DNA of 54,293 nt from Corallochytrium limacisporum Hawaii (taxonomy: Eukaryota; Protista; Pluriformea). Position numbers and translations under genes: made by a program. The notes beneath the pieces are model-generated. The model was not told the DNA's origin. It was given only the letters and a program-made list of their open reading frames with translations, and made no database searches. Position 1 is the stretch's first letter, and every line of letters begins with the position of its first letter. The stretch is taken from assembly GCA_002811645.1 (NCBI GenBank), contig PDIP01000049.1, positions 1 to 54,293 on the forward strand, in the 5' to 3' direction. Below, one piece after another: positions 10,655 through 21,193 of this stretch.

Positions 10655-12106
10655 ATGGTAGCTACCCGCAGGTCAGCGCGAAGTAAAGTAGCCGCAGCCC
10701 CTTCTGCTGCTTCTGTCGATCATCACCGGGACCCTAATGGAACTCCAACAAAATATCATGGTGGATCCCTTAGTGCCCACCGCACGCCTGAGTCCACGGT
10801 AAGCAAGCGTCGTCTCAACCGCCATCGATCTAATTCACCCGTCAAGATGGATTCCCCCGTCGAAGTGTATGAGTCGCCGGACCGCAAGCCAACTCGGGCC
10901 GAACTTCACAGCCACGGAAGTCAGACAAATATCCGTACTCCTCCACCCGCGGTGTGGGGCAATCGCTGGCAGATTTCCGAGCACAGCTCCAGTCGAGGCA
11001 GTCCTCCGATCAAGAGAGAGAAGAGGGAAGAAGGGACTGCTGTTTATTTGGATGATAAGAAAGGTATCCCTATGATTGACAGTGAATTAGTGGATCATTA
11101 CCATGACAGCGACCTCGATCCCCATCTCGCCTACATTGCCTCGCTATACGCAAGCCATGCCAAAGTTAAACCGAATGCCAAAAGCGGTGGGGCCGGAGCT
11201 ATCAACACGGACCACGTCCGCCTAGTGCACGAGGCCTTGGTCATGCAGCACGGGGGAAGAGCAGTCAACACTGAAACAGACGAATCCATCATTGATGCCC
11301 TGGTCGCGACTATTCTGAGCCAAAACACCACCGATAAGACCTCTGCAAAGGCCTTTGCGGAGCTCAAGCGCCAGTTTCCGACCTGGACAGCAGTGCTGCA
11401 GGCTAAGGATGCAGCGGTTGCGAATGCCATCAAAGTCGGTGGACTTGCGGACATTAAAGCAGCTCGAATCAAAACAATTCTTGCGGCGGTCAATGCGGAG
11501 ACTGGTGACCCTTTGGCTCGGGGAGAGGAGATTAGCTTGGAACATATGCGCAATGAGGCCGAGTGGTCCAATGATCGCATCAAGAGCTACCTCACCAAAT
11601 TCAACGGAGTTGGCCCCAAGACCGTGGCCTGTGTTCTCATGTTCTGTCTGCGGCGGCCGGAGTTTCCTGTGGACACACATGTGCACCGTTTGAGTGCGCG
11701 GATCGGCTGGACTGCCCCAAAGAATAGTCGGGAGGACTGCTACGCGCGCATGAACGAGGTTTTGCCGTCCGAAGTCAAGGCCGAATTGCACCTGCTGCTC
11801 GTAGACCATGGCAAGACAACCTGTCGCAAGCAAGCTCCGGACTGTCAACGGTGTTTGGTAGCCCCATTATGTGCGACCGGCCGGAAACGAGTGGCAGCAA
11901 AGTGCTTGGCGCACCTTGCGGAGACAGACAGAGCCAAGATCGGAAGCGTTGAGGGCGATGATCTGACTAAGACTGAGCCGCAAGAGGATATCGAAGACTT
12001 GGTAAAGGCTTCGGATAATGAAGAACAGCAAAAAATCAAGGTGAAGACGGAGGGCGCTGATGGAGGCCGCAGGGTGAAGCGGAGACGTAGCAGCCGTCGT
12101 TCATAG
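10655..12106 (+). CDS. HhH-GPD DNA glycosylase, endonuclease III-like, with 4Fe-4S cluster
   Basis: TILSQNT, HhH GVGPKT (catalytic Lys), FPVDTHVHR (catalytic Asp), C-x6-C-x2-C-x5-C; disordered SP-rich N-terminus; basic C-terminal NLS. First ATG is 10655 (track ORF opens at TTG 10631). Confidence 0.9.
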   Translation: MVATRRSARSKVAAAPSAASVDHHRDPNGTPTKYHGGSLSAHRTPESTVSKRRLNRHRSNSPVKMDSPVEVYESPDRKPTRAELHSHGSQTNIRTPPPAVWGNRWQISEHSSSRGSPPIKREKREEGTAVYLDDKKGIPMIDSELVDHYHDSDLDPHLAYIASLYASHAKVKPNAKSGGAGAINTDHVRLVHEALVMQHGGRAVNTETDESIIDALVATILSQNTTDKTSAKAFAELKRQFPTWTAVLQAKDAAVANAIKVGGLADIKAARIKTILAAVNAETGDPLARGEEISLEHMRNEAEWSNDRIKSYLTKFNGVGPKTVACVLMFCLRRPEFPVDTHVHRLSARIGWTAPKNSREDCYARMNEVLPSEVKAELHLLLVDHGKTTCRKQAPDCQRCLVAPLCATGRKRVAAKCLAHLAETDRAKIGSVEGDDLTKTEPQEDIEDLVKASDNEEQQKIKVKTEGADGGRRVKRRRSSRRS

Positions 12107-12285
12107 AAGACAACTTAACAGCCCTTGTCATCTTGACTCAGCAACACAAACAGACACATTCCTCCCTTAAACGACATATGACTATACGACTTATGGTCCT
12201 TTCTCCTGTTTTTCGTTTGTTAGTGTTCTGACGTACATCGGCAACCACAAATTCGAACGGTCTGAACTCAGCACCCAAAATATCA

Positions 12286-13917
12286 CTACTGTAAAAGTCC
12301 GGCCACCTTTGTTTCAATTGCTAGAGCGACACGGCCCACGAACGGAGCCAGGGAGGGCACCACGTACTTGGCCAGACCGTAGCCCAATAGTGCCACCATA
12401 CCGACAGTCAATCCTGCGACTGTCTTAACAAAGCCCGTCGGTGTGACCTTCAATACCCATTCCCGAGCTTGAGGCCAAGATCCCGGCCCTTGGAGACGAT
12501 ATTGGTACACTCCGCAGCTACTGATCCACAGCCATAGTGCCAGGCTTGGGTTACTCCATATAGTGGGTGCCACTCCAAAGCGGCCGCCCAAGTCGTCGCA
12601 ATAGAGGTACGGATCTCGCTGGATCGTGTGCCGATCGCTCTTCCAGTAACGGTTGGAACATTCCTTGTGCTCCCGCTCGATGTCAGACATCATGGTATTC
12701 TTGTCCGGAAGCTTGACTTTGCCCAGGCATAATTGGACCCAATATCGCGCCACGATTTCGGACACGGGAATCAGACCTCCAGATGCCGGCTGCGCGAACC
12801 CGATGAAGGCTAGTGTATGGTCTAGGTTCGGTGCAAAGGCATTCTTCCACAGATTAATCTCGTTGGTGTTCTGGTTAAGGATTTGTTTCCGCAGGTTCGA
12901 GGACAGGAAGGGCAGATCAACTCGATAGCCGGTGCAAAGAATGACCCGGTCAGTGTGGTACTCGGTACCGTCCTCGAACACCACGCCGGTCTTGGTGAAA
13001 TGCCGGACATTAGGACGAATTGTGACCTGGCGTCTCTGCAGGTAGTGGTAGAGTGTAGGACTGACCGTCGGCTGCGTTTGGAGCATACCCATTTTCGGGT
13101 TCAGGCCGTATTTGGACGGATGTCCATAGATCGCACTTATGATGCTCTGAAACATGATCTGGTTTACCTTCCAATCACCGTAGAGACTGAAGCGGGTCAC
13201 GTGGTTGTCACTAGGCCTCCCGAAAATGTAATTGGGAACGATCCACGCCCCACTGCGGGTGGACAGAGCCACGTCAGTGGCACCGGCTTGCACAGCATTC
13301 ACAGTGACATCGACAGCACTGTTACCAATGCCCACGACGCAGACATTATGGCCCGGGAGATCGGCTCGGATGGCATCTTTGTAGGCGACTGAGTGCATCA
13401 CGGTACCCTGAAACTCGGACTGGCCCGGGAATGTAGGGATCTTGGGCTTGGCATGGTGGCCCGTGGCAATGGCGACGAAGCGGGCCTCATACACGGTCAT
13501 CATGTGCTTTGCATCACTGTCTGTGCTCTCAGTTTCCACTCTCCACCGGTCGCCTGGTCCATGTTCAACATGTGTAACCTTTGTTCGGAAGCGAATAAGG
13601 TCTTTGAGCTTGAAGTGATCCGCAAAGTCGTTAAGGTACTTGGCCATGAGTGAGTGGTGGATGTAGTCTGGATTTTCTTCCGGCTGGGGGTAATCACTAT
13701 AGGCATAATGGTGTTTGCTCACATTGATGTGCGTGAATGACATGACGCCGTAGCCGTCAGAGTATTGCCAGAGTCCACCTACGTGGTCGGTGGCCTCAAT
13801 GCCGACAGTTTTGAAGCCAGCCTCCTGGGCCTCCTTGAGGGCGGACAGGCCGGAGACCCCTGCACCAATGACGATGGCATCAACCCGATGCACCTTGCCA
13901 ATAGGAGGAGAGGTCAT
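12286..13917 (-). CDS. Flavin-containing monooxygenase (class B FMO)
   Basis: GAGVSG FAD motif, GGLW, ATG, FQGTVMHSVAYK (FxGxxxHxxxY), GIGNSA NADPH motif, CTGY, C-terminal hydrophobic anchor as in animal FMOs. Confidence 0.93.
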   Translation of the reverse strand: MTSPPIGKVHRVDAIVIGAGVSGLSALKEAQEAGFKTVGIEATDHVGGLWQYSDGYGVMSFTHINVSKHHYAYSDYPQPEENPDYIHHSLMAKYLNDFADHFKLKDLIRFRTKVTHVEHGPGDRWRVETESTDSDAKHMMTVYEARFVAIATGHHAKPKIPTFPGQSEFQGTVMHSVAYKDAIRADLPGHNVCVVGIGNSAVDVTVNAVQAGATDVALSTRSGAWIVPNYIFGRPSDNHVTRFSLYGDWKVNQIMFQSIISAIYGHPSKYGLNPKMGMLQTQPTVSPTLYHYLQRRQVTIRPNVRHFTKTGVVFEDGTEYHTDRVILCTGYRVDLPFLSSNLRKQILNQNTNEINLWKNAFAPNLDHTLAFIGFAQPASGGLIPVSEIVARYWVQLCLGKVKLPDKNTMMSDIEREHKECSNRYWKSDRHTIQRDPYLYCDDLGGRFGVAPTIWSNPSLALWLWISSCGVYQYRLQGPGSWPQAREWVLKVTPTGFVKTVAGLTVGMVALLGYGLAKYVVPSLAPFVGRVALAIETKVAGLLQ

Positions 13918-14156
13918 TCTGCTCCTGGAGTTTCCACTTTGTTCGATCGGTTAGGTTTGAAGCCTACGGACGGATCACACAGCTTTCATTACCTTCTATA
14001 CCGGGTCTAAGTACCTGATGTGCTCTATAGATCTTACATTTGTAACTCTTTGCAGTCTGTGTACACTGGTTGTTTTGCACAGTGGTGTAAGCGATAGCAG
14101 CGCCGGAGTCTTCTCCTCGTCACTCAACCTCGTAACCGGGCTCTCCCCTCCCCCCT

Positions 14157-14213
14157 CGGCGTGCAATCTTCGGCGCCACCCCCCCCCCCCCCCGGCGTGC
14201 AATCTTCCGCGCC
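14157..14213. repeat. Near-perfect 21-bp tandem duplication (CGGCGTGCAATCTTC[G/C]GCGCC) separated by poly-C
   Basis: Copies at 14157-14177 and 14193-14213. Confidence 0.8.
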
Positions 14214-14780
14214 CCCCCCCCCCCCCCGGGGGGGCGGCGGCCCTTGCCCCCATTCTGCGCACTGGCCCGAGTGACAAACCCAGCAAGGAAACAAGAAAAG
14301 CGGGGAACCGGAGCAGGAAGGGAGAACAATGACGACACACGCCAAAGCCGTTAAAGGTGACAGGCCGACCGGTCACGGATCAAATTTCGGTCGGGTATTA
14401 ACAACTCTCCGCCGCTAGTATACACTGTGGCTGGTATCCTACTGTATTGTGATACGTGTGTGTGTGCGGACAGGCGTGACGCTTCAAACGCCCAGGGTTG
14501 GAGGGAGGGGCCCCTCGGCACCCCTCGCTTCCGCCGCATTTCCCGCTTGTTCTCTTCTTCACGTTTTCCCCACCACAGAATTATAGCCGTGAGATGAGAG
14601 TTGGCGGTGACCAACAAGGGATGAGAAAACTGAACGGCAGCACAGAACACAATCTGATCTTCCTTGGTTTCTGTATTGATTGTATTTCGATCTCTAACTA
14701 ACTTCGCAAATTTATAGGCTGGTTCACAAAAATCGTTCATGGCTTGGATAGACACATACTATAGTAACCAAGAAGACACA

Positions 14781-17700
14781 TTAACCCTTCGTGTCCTTCC
14801 CTGACGTAGTATTCGAGAGCGACACAGCCAGGCGTCCAAAGGCGCTTTCATGGCTCTTGGCACTGTTCTTCCTGAGGATCTCCAGCAAAAGACTGGTGCT
14901 CGGGGCCTGCTTCAACGACGATTGTTGTTGTGCCGCTCCTGGTGCCGCTCCTGGTGGCGGGTCCGATGGGGGTAGTGATTCAGCAGCGTCTGTCAACGTT
15001 GACATTACAGCCCTTCTCTGGACTGTCAGATTGGGGTCCTTGGGGTTGGCACTGTTCTTCTTAGTACCTCTACCGCGAGCGCTGCTGGTCGCACTTACAG
15101 TGGCCGTCTTTAGCTCGGCATCTTGGGTGCGGGTAGGCTGACACTCCTTCGATCCCTGCATCACCTCGACAATTTCCGACTCGGTGACCTTCAGCACTGT
15201 TTCGTGATCTTCGACTTCTGTGCTCTGCTGTAGTTGTTGCGGCTGCGAGTCCTTTACCGACTCCACCTGGTCCTCTAGGGATGCTCTCGTTGCACCTTGT
15301 TCAGTGTTGCTTTTTGGGCTCATCTGCTCTTCCCGCTCCTGCCCTTGAGTTATTCCCAAAGACGCAATGACTTCGGCTGCCGCTGCCATTGCCTTGGCCT
15401 TCGGTCCGTGCTCCATCTCTGCATGGTTAATGTGCTCGTCAGTATGAGGCCGCTTCGGTTTGTTTGCGCGGATTTCCGCCATGCTCCGCTTCATTTGCCG
15501 AACATGGGCGTCAGTGAGAGAGATTGTTCCCGTCCTGTGGGGAGCAGCAGCGTTAGGGCTGGTCTTTACTCCATCCGTAGACGAGACGCTACTGGACTTT
15601 GCGGTGTCCGCAGTCTTTGCCTTCTTACTAGCCGGACTTGGTGTGGTGCTGTTCCTACTCTTCGAAGAATACTTCTTGTCGCCATCATCGATTAAACGCT
15701 TCTTCTTCTTTCGTGAGATCCGTCGCAGAGCATTAAATGCACCAGAGGTGATATGCATGCGATCCACTGATCCAGGATTTTTCTCCTGCTTGTAGACGGT
15801 GGCAAGCATGTGCACGTACTCAGTCTTGAAGTTCTTGAGCACATTAGCGTCTAGCTGGTCACTGGGCATCTTGATCATTTCAATCATGATGGCCACTAGC
15901 TCGTCTCGAGATTTGACAGGCTCTGGTTTGCGCCGCTTGCTACTGCACAGGTACATATCACCAGCAGCCGCTGAAGGCGGCCTGCGGTCGGAAAGGTCTT
16001 CTGTTGGTGGAACTTGAGTCTGTGACGGCCCCAGAGTTGATGTCATGGTAGATTCGCTCTGAATTTGCCCTGTTTCATCGTTTGCAGGCTTCTGTCGGCT
16101 CCGCTTCTCTCCAAAAGCAGTCGCTGTCCTTTGCGATGAGACGCCACCCTCTGCCGGTGCACCGTGGCCCGGCGTCTGGGTAGCGCTGGCAGCCAACACA
16201 GCAGCTACAGCCTCAGCAGCGGCTTTTGTGGCCCGCTCGGACATGATCGCACTAGTGGAAGATGTCATCGATGGGAGCTGCACGTCTCTCAGGCCCTGTG
16301 GTTCTTGCTGTAGGTTTTCATGTGCTGTGGATGCAACTGTGCCAGCCGCTAATGGTCGTTGTTCGTGTACCGCCGTATCCATGACTTCCTCATCCTCCGA
16401 GTCCGGAGGCTGGTGAATGCTATCCAAGGGCGGAGTAGATGGTGGAGTGGGTAATTCAGGATCTTCGTGCTCGTGGTCGTCCTCTTCAATGACAGCGTCC
16501 ACACCCGAGGCCACAGCGTCATCAGGGCCTGGGTGGGTATCGGTCGGCGTGGTATCAGTCACGACATTCTCAGGAGCACCTGCCTCCTCAAGCAATCGAT
16601 CCATTTGCGAGTCGTCCAGGTTCGGGTTCCAGTCGGATCCCCCGCTGTCTTCAACCATCATTGCTTCCTTCGCTGCGATCATGACTTTGGCAGTGTTCTG
16701 GCATAGTTGATCAGCCCGGTCTTGCCACACGGACATAGTTTCAAGGTCGCTGTTGGCGCTGTCCTTGCCACTCTCAGCACCACCTGGCACTTTGCAGGCC
16801 TTTCCGGGGCGCAGAATACGCGCCGGTTGTGTTTTCTCCTTGGGTGCCTGAAGCTCTTGTTGTCCATCCCCTTCGGTCGGTTGTGGTCGCTGCTGAGACT
16901 GTGCCAATTGTGTGAGTGGCGTCTCTGCAGGTGGGTCGTCGAATTGGAGCGCCCTGGCGGCCCGAATTCGACTTGATGTCGTGGATGTGCAGAGTGTGTT
17001 CGAGCTGGATTTGTGCTCATTGACCGCCTCGCAGACCGACAAAGCTGTGCGTGACACGGTTGGAGAGTCCTTGGAACCGCTGGTACGGGTGCGCCTTCGT
17101 GAGCTCGTCCTGCGCTGACCACTGCCACACAAGTTCGCATTTGCCCTTGGGCTGGTGCCCTTGTCCATTGCAGCGTTGTGCAGACCCTCGTCACTACGCG
17201 TTTGGACCCTTTCAATGCGGTAGCTCATCTCCTGGCGCTGTCGTTCCAGAACATCACGATTATGAATGCGATTACGACTTCCCTCGGCCTGCTTTCCTAT
17301 GCTTGATACATTGGACTTGTATCCACTGTCTCTCGACCGGTCCTGACTCCGACCAAGCACACCCACAGACTCCACCATGGACTTTGGAGTTTCCTCCGCA
17401 CAAACTACCCGTAGACCACACATCTGGCACATACATCGGGGCTTGCTATGTTGTTGAAGTCCACAACGGTCTCGAATCGCACACATTACGTGGTACCGAC
17501 TGCCGCACGAACCACTGCAGACGACAGTTGCATGCCGTCGCCGGCAGACTTTGCAGCACTCTCCAAGACCACGACTGGCCACAGCCACGACAGATCCTAT
17601 ATCGTACACCTTCGTGCAGCCTTTGGGTACGTATCCTGCCTCGCCTGGAGTGCCCACATTCCCCTGTGGACCAATCATGGATGGATCTACGTCAGTGTAC

Positions 17701-17957
17701 TTCACTCCCGCACTGTACAGTGCACACCGTTCGTGGATGTAGATGCCATGCTCAAAAGGCCCTATCGGTGGCACAACACCAGCCACTCGGCCCCGTGTGC
17801 AGATGCTACAGCGCAGCAGTCTACGATTGTTACTTCGCTTGCTCTGCTGAGATGACTGCTGCTGCTGAATCTGATGATGTGGCGACTGATCTTGAAGTGG
17901 GCATGTGCCATTGTTCGCAGTTGGCCTGGAAGGACCGCCAACGGTTTTCCGCGCCAT
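14781..17957 (-). CDS. Extended-PHD (zf-HC5HC2H-like) zinc-finger protein with long disordered C-terminus
   Basis: CSIC..HERCALYSAGV..CKVC..C..C..YHVMCA pattern; basic NLS RKKKKR; first ATG at 17957 (track ORF opens at GTG 17990). Confidence 0.75.
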   Translation of the reverse strand: MARKTVGGPSRPTANNGTCPLQDQSPHHQIQQQQSSQQSKRSNNRRLLRCSICTRGRVAGVVPPIGPFEHGIYIHERCALYSAGVKYTDVDPSMIGPQGNVGTPGEAGYVPKGCTKVYDIGSVVAVASRGLGECCKVCRRRHATVVCSGSCGSRYHVMCAIRDRCGLQQHSKPRCMCQMCGLRVVCAEETPKSMVESVGVLGRSQDRSRDSGYKSNVSSIGKQAEGSRNRIHNRDVLERQRQEMSYRIERVQTRSDEGLHNAAMDKGTSPRANANLCGSGQRRTSSRRRTRTSGSKDSPTVSRTALSVCEAVNEHKSSSNTLCTSTTSSRIRAARALQFDDPPAETPLTQLAQSQQRPQPTEGDGQQELQAPKEKTQPARILRPGKACKVPGGAESGKDSANSDLETMSVWQDRADQLCQNTAKVMIAAKEAMMVEDSGGSDWNPNLDDSQMDRLLEEAGAPENVVTDTTPTDTHPGPDDAVASGVDAVIEEDDHEHEDPELPTPPSTPPLDSIHQPPDSEDEEVMDTAVHEQRPLAAGTVASTAHENLQQEPQGLRDVQLPSMTSSTSAIMSERATKAAAEAVAAVLAASATQTPGHGAPAEGGVSSQRTATAFGEKRSRQKPANDETGQIQSESTMTSTLGPSQTQVPPTEDLSDRRPPSAAAGDMYLCSSKRRKPEPVKSRDELVAIMIEMIKMPSDQLDANVLKNFKTEYVHMLATVYKQEKNPGSVDRMHITSGAFNALRRISRKKKKRLIDDGDKKYSSKSRNSTTPSPASKKAKTADTAKSSSVSSTDGVKTSPNAAAPHRTGTISLTDAHVRQMKRSMAEIRANKPKRPHTDEHINHAEMEHGPKAKAMAAAAEVIASLGITQGQEREEQMSPKSNTEQGATRASLEDQVESVKDSQPQQLQQSTEVEDHETVLKVTESEIVEVMQGSKECQPTRTQDAELKTATVSATSSARGRGTKKNSANPKDPNLTVQRRAVMSTLTDAAESLPPSDPPPGAAPGAAQQQSSLKQAPSTSLLLEILRKNSAKSHESAFGRLAVSLSNTTSGKDTKG

Positions 17958-18940
17958 TGTAGTTCTTATGATCTTCTCTGGTGGGTACACTTTTTGGTCT
18001 GATTACGTGATTCTACGCGTTTTGACGAGGTCCATAGCCAGACCATCATTGCACTGTTCTAGTCCTTGTCAAATCTTCGAAATTGCTTACAACCTCGGCT
18101 CACCGTCTGGAAGCCGTGAAATGTTCTCACTTGTCAACCAATCTTCTTCATAGCTTCTCCACTTCACAAAACCAGGCTAACACTCTACACACTGCCCAGT
18201 CTCTGCGACCTTTTGATCGCGATTTCTCGCGTCTTACTTGCCAATCCGCATCCCGTCCACTGCCCCGACCACAGACGATTACCAACACCTCCGCACCAAA
18301 ACCCGCCACATCCCCCGTACCCCGGTGGTCGGGTCACAAATTCCACGACCGCAGAGGAGAGACCATCACCCACCCGCCCAACGCAGAGGCTGGCGGGTTC
18401 TCCATCTCGGGAAAAAAAAAAACACGCAACCCGGACGGTTGCAAAAAATACCACCGGGCAACTCTGAATTTTCGTTCCTGGTAGGGGGTCTATTATTTCC
18501 ATTTCCAAAATACTTTCCGCACGGGGGCCTAATACTCGGGACCTTTCCCCCTCCCCCCACCCCCCCCCCTCTTTTCCAGTAGCAAAGGGTGCCATGCACG
18601 CACTGCTCGGGACGGTGATCGCTTTAGCGCGCGAAAACAAACAGTGGCTGATGCAGCAGAGGGAGTGGGGTGGGGGGCCTTGACACGAGACCCGTCCAGA
18701 GGCGTAAGCCAAAGGGCAGATTGTGTCATAAATTCCTGTGGGTGGTATTCAGATACATTGGGGACATGAATCGGAATGTACTGTTGAAGTTCATGGTTGC
18801 AAAGCTGAAGATTTTGATTGCGAAGGAAATCACATCGAATGGAAATTGGAGGTCGTTCGCAGACTTTGACATCCTTCCTGTGGTGGAATTCATGAAGGGG
18901 ACATAGTCATACATATATATTCATACGCCCATACACAATC

Positions 18941-20920
18941 ATGCCAGTAGTAGATGGCCAAGACACGGAGGCCAAGCATAAGGTCGTCCACGACAAGATG
19001 CAAAAATATCAGTCGTTATACCAGAAGGAACGCAGTAAAACCCAGGAACTGCAGGGAGAACTGCGGACGTGGAAAGATAAGTTGGATCTGCGGGCTGAGG
19101 AGATCCGCAAGAGTTTCGAGCAAGATGTGAAGGAGCTGAATGAAGAAGTCTGGATCTTACAACGGGAAAGGGACGAGGCCAAGGAAGAAGTGGAAGCTCT
19201 TCTGCAGCTGGCGGAAGAGAAAGGCAACTCTGCCAGTTCGGAGCAAGTGCAGCTTGAAGAAGAATTGACCGCCACCAAGGACCAGGTGCAGCAGCTACTC
19301 ACTGCCAATGAAGATCTCAACAATCAACTGATGTGCCTGAAGGAAACTCAGGCCGTCGAGGCTGTAGATCGCAGTACTCGGGATGCTATGGAAGCACAGT
19401 TGGTCCAGAGCCGGGACGAGAACGCCACTTTGCAACGGATCGTGCAGGAACTGCGTGCGCAACTAAAGAACGACACGGAAGAGTTTGCAGCCCGCTTGAA
19501 GGAGAAGACGGAGATTTTGACCCGTCAATGGCAGGAGGCTGTCGCTGCGCACGAAGAAAGCAAGGAGGAAGCCGCCAGGGCGCTTGAGCGTGCCGTCGCA
19601 GATGCCAAGTCTGTGGAGCGCGAGGCCATGACCGCTGAACTTCGCGACGGTAGGGCCGCGGTTCAAGAGATGCGACGAGAGACCTCCGGGCTCGAAGCCA
19701 CGGCACGCACGCTCAAGGATGAGAGAGACGAACTGCAGCGCCGCCTGACCCACCAAGGCAACCAGTTGTCAATTATTCAGGCTGAACGATCGACGGATGG
19801 CACGACCTCCAATCGCATGCAGGCCATCATTGATGATCTGGAAGTAAAGATTCAGGCCATGGAGCAGGATGCCAGAGAGCAGGTGATGGAGATCAGTGCA
19901 GGAAAGGCATTATTGGAGATGACGCTGCAGACGCTAAAGCAGACGCTGGACGGCCTGCTTGATCATTTCAACGGCGCTAACGAGCTGGACGCAGACTTTG
20001 ATGAGGACGATGTGCCTGGACTGCGCAGGAGTGCCAAACGCCGCCGTGCAGAGAGCAAGCAGCGCCATGTCTCCCTGGCACCGTCAGTAATCCGGGAACT
20101 GGACGTTGCGCGCGATGTCTACAACCGTACGCGCACTATGCTCGAGCGTACCAACCTGGAGGATGGCATGAATTACACTGTGCGCTATTATACATGGCAA
20201 CAGCAGCAGGGTGTGGATCAGACGGATGGCCAAGTATTTATGGAACCGGCCGAACTCAAGGGGTTAGTCATTGATGAGCTCGCCCTTGACGGCAGCTACG
20301 TCATTCTCCGGAACCAGGGCATGCGCACTTTGAACTTCATGGACGATGAGGTGACACCTCACGCCTTTGATCACGTTCTCACTGTGACTGTGGAGGATTT
20401 AAGCGTGGACCTCAATCTAACCCAGGAGTTGCTCATGCCCGTGAATCTGCGTACGAAACGTGTCCAAGGCCTTCGACCCGGAGACCGTTTTGTCATTTGG
20501 CTAGGACAGACTGCGGCCCAGAAACGGGACAGCTACCGCCGCGTCCTGAGCCAAGGAGTGCTGCGGCGTCAGTTTGAGTGGGATCTGAACGGTGTGCAGG
20601 ACTTTCTGAGCCTGGGCGGTGCACACCGAGACCCCAGTGCGGGTATGGCATGTGTTGTGGCCAAGGTCCCCCGCAGTGGCCAGACTGCCGTATCCAGCGC
20701 TTCAGCGACTTTGAAAGAAAGATCGGAGGACCCAGATCAGTCATCCCCGCAGCGCGTGCGCTCACTCATGCTTGAGGCCTCCGTTGCTGTACTAGAGCCG
20801 GTGTCGGCGAAAGGCTCCAGCTTCCGCGAGTCCATGACAATGAGGGAGGGCCTTGACGCCAAGGCTTCAGTGCCAGAGGATCTCTTCAATGCGCGCGTCG
20901 AACAGTGCACCATTCTGTGA
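18941..20920 (+). CDS. Lamin-like nuclear intermediate filament protein
   Basis: About 340-aa coiled coil (EIRKSFEQDV resembles lamin coil 1B), NLS RRSAKRRR, lamin-tail-like GLVIDELALDGSYVILRN and LRPGDRFVIW, C-terminal CaaX CTIL. Confidence 0.75.
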   Translation: MPVVDGQDTEAKHKVVHDKMQKYQSLYQKERSKTQELQGELRTWKDKLDLRAEEIRKSFEQDVKELNEEVWILQRERDEAKEEVEALLQLAEEKGNSASSEQVQLEEELTATKDQVQQLLTANEDLNNQLMCLKETQAVEAVDRSTRDAMEAQLVQSRDENATLQRIVQELRAQLKNDTEEFAARLKEKTEILTRQWQEAVAAHEESKEEAARALERAVADAKSVEREAMTAELRDGRAAVQEMRRETSGLEATARTLKDERDELQRRLTHQGNQLSIIQAERSTDGTTSNRMQAIIDDLEVKIQAMEQDAREQVMEISAGKALLEMTLQTLKQTLDGLLDHFNGANELDADFDEDDVPGLRRSAKRRRAESKQRHVSLAPSVIRELDVARDVYNRTRTMLERTNLEDGMNYTVRYYTWQQQQGVDQTDGQVFMEPAELKGLVIDELALDGSYVILRNQGMRTLNFMDDEVTPHAFDHVLTVTVEDLSVDLNLTQELLMPVNLRTKRVQGLRPGDRFVIWLGQTAAQKRDSYRRVLSQGVLRRQFEWDLNGVQDFLSLGGAHRDPSAGMACVVAKVPRSGQTAVSSASATLKERSEDPDQSSPQRVRSLMLEASVAVLEPVSAKGSSFRESMTMREGLDAKASVPEDLFNARVEQCTIL

Positions 20921-21193
20921 ATGTCAAGAGGTAGCAAATCATTTTGGTTTGCGCGGATTAACCTGACTGTAGTAATCGTAGTAGTCAATGCACTTGAAGG
21001 AATTCGTCAAGCCACGTTTACTATTTGCAAAGTGGCTCCGCAAGAAACGCTTCGTGCCAATGAGACACTTAAATATGAAATCTATTATGTGATAAGGAAA
21101 TGATGGATCGTATGTTATGCAATGGTAATGATTATGGAACAGGAACGAGATATGATGGATGGATGGTTCCGAGGTGATATACAGTGTTTCCCC

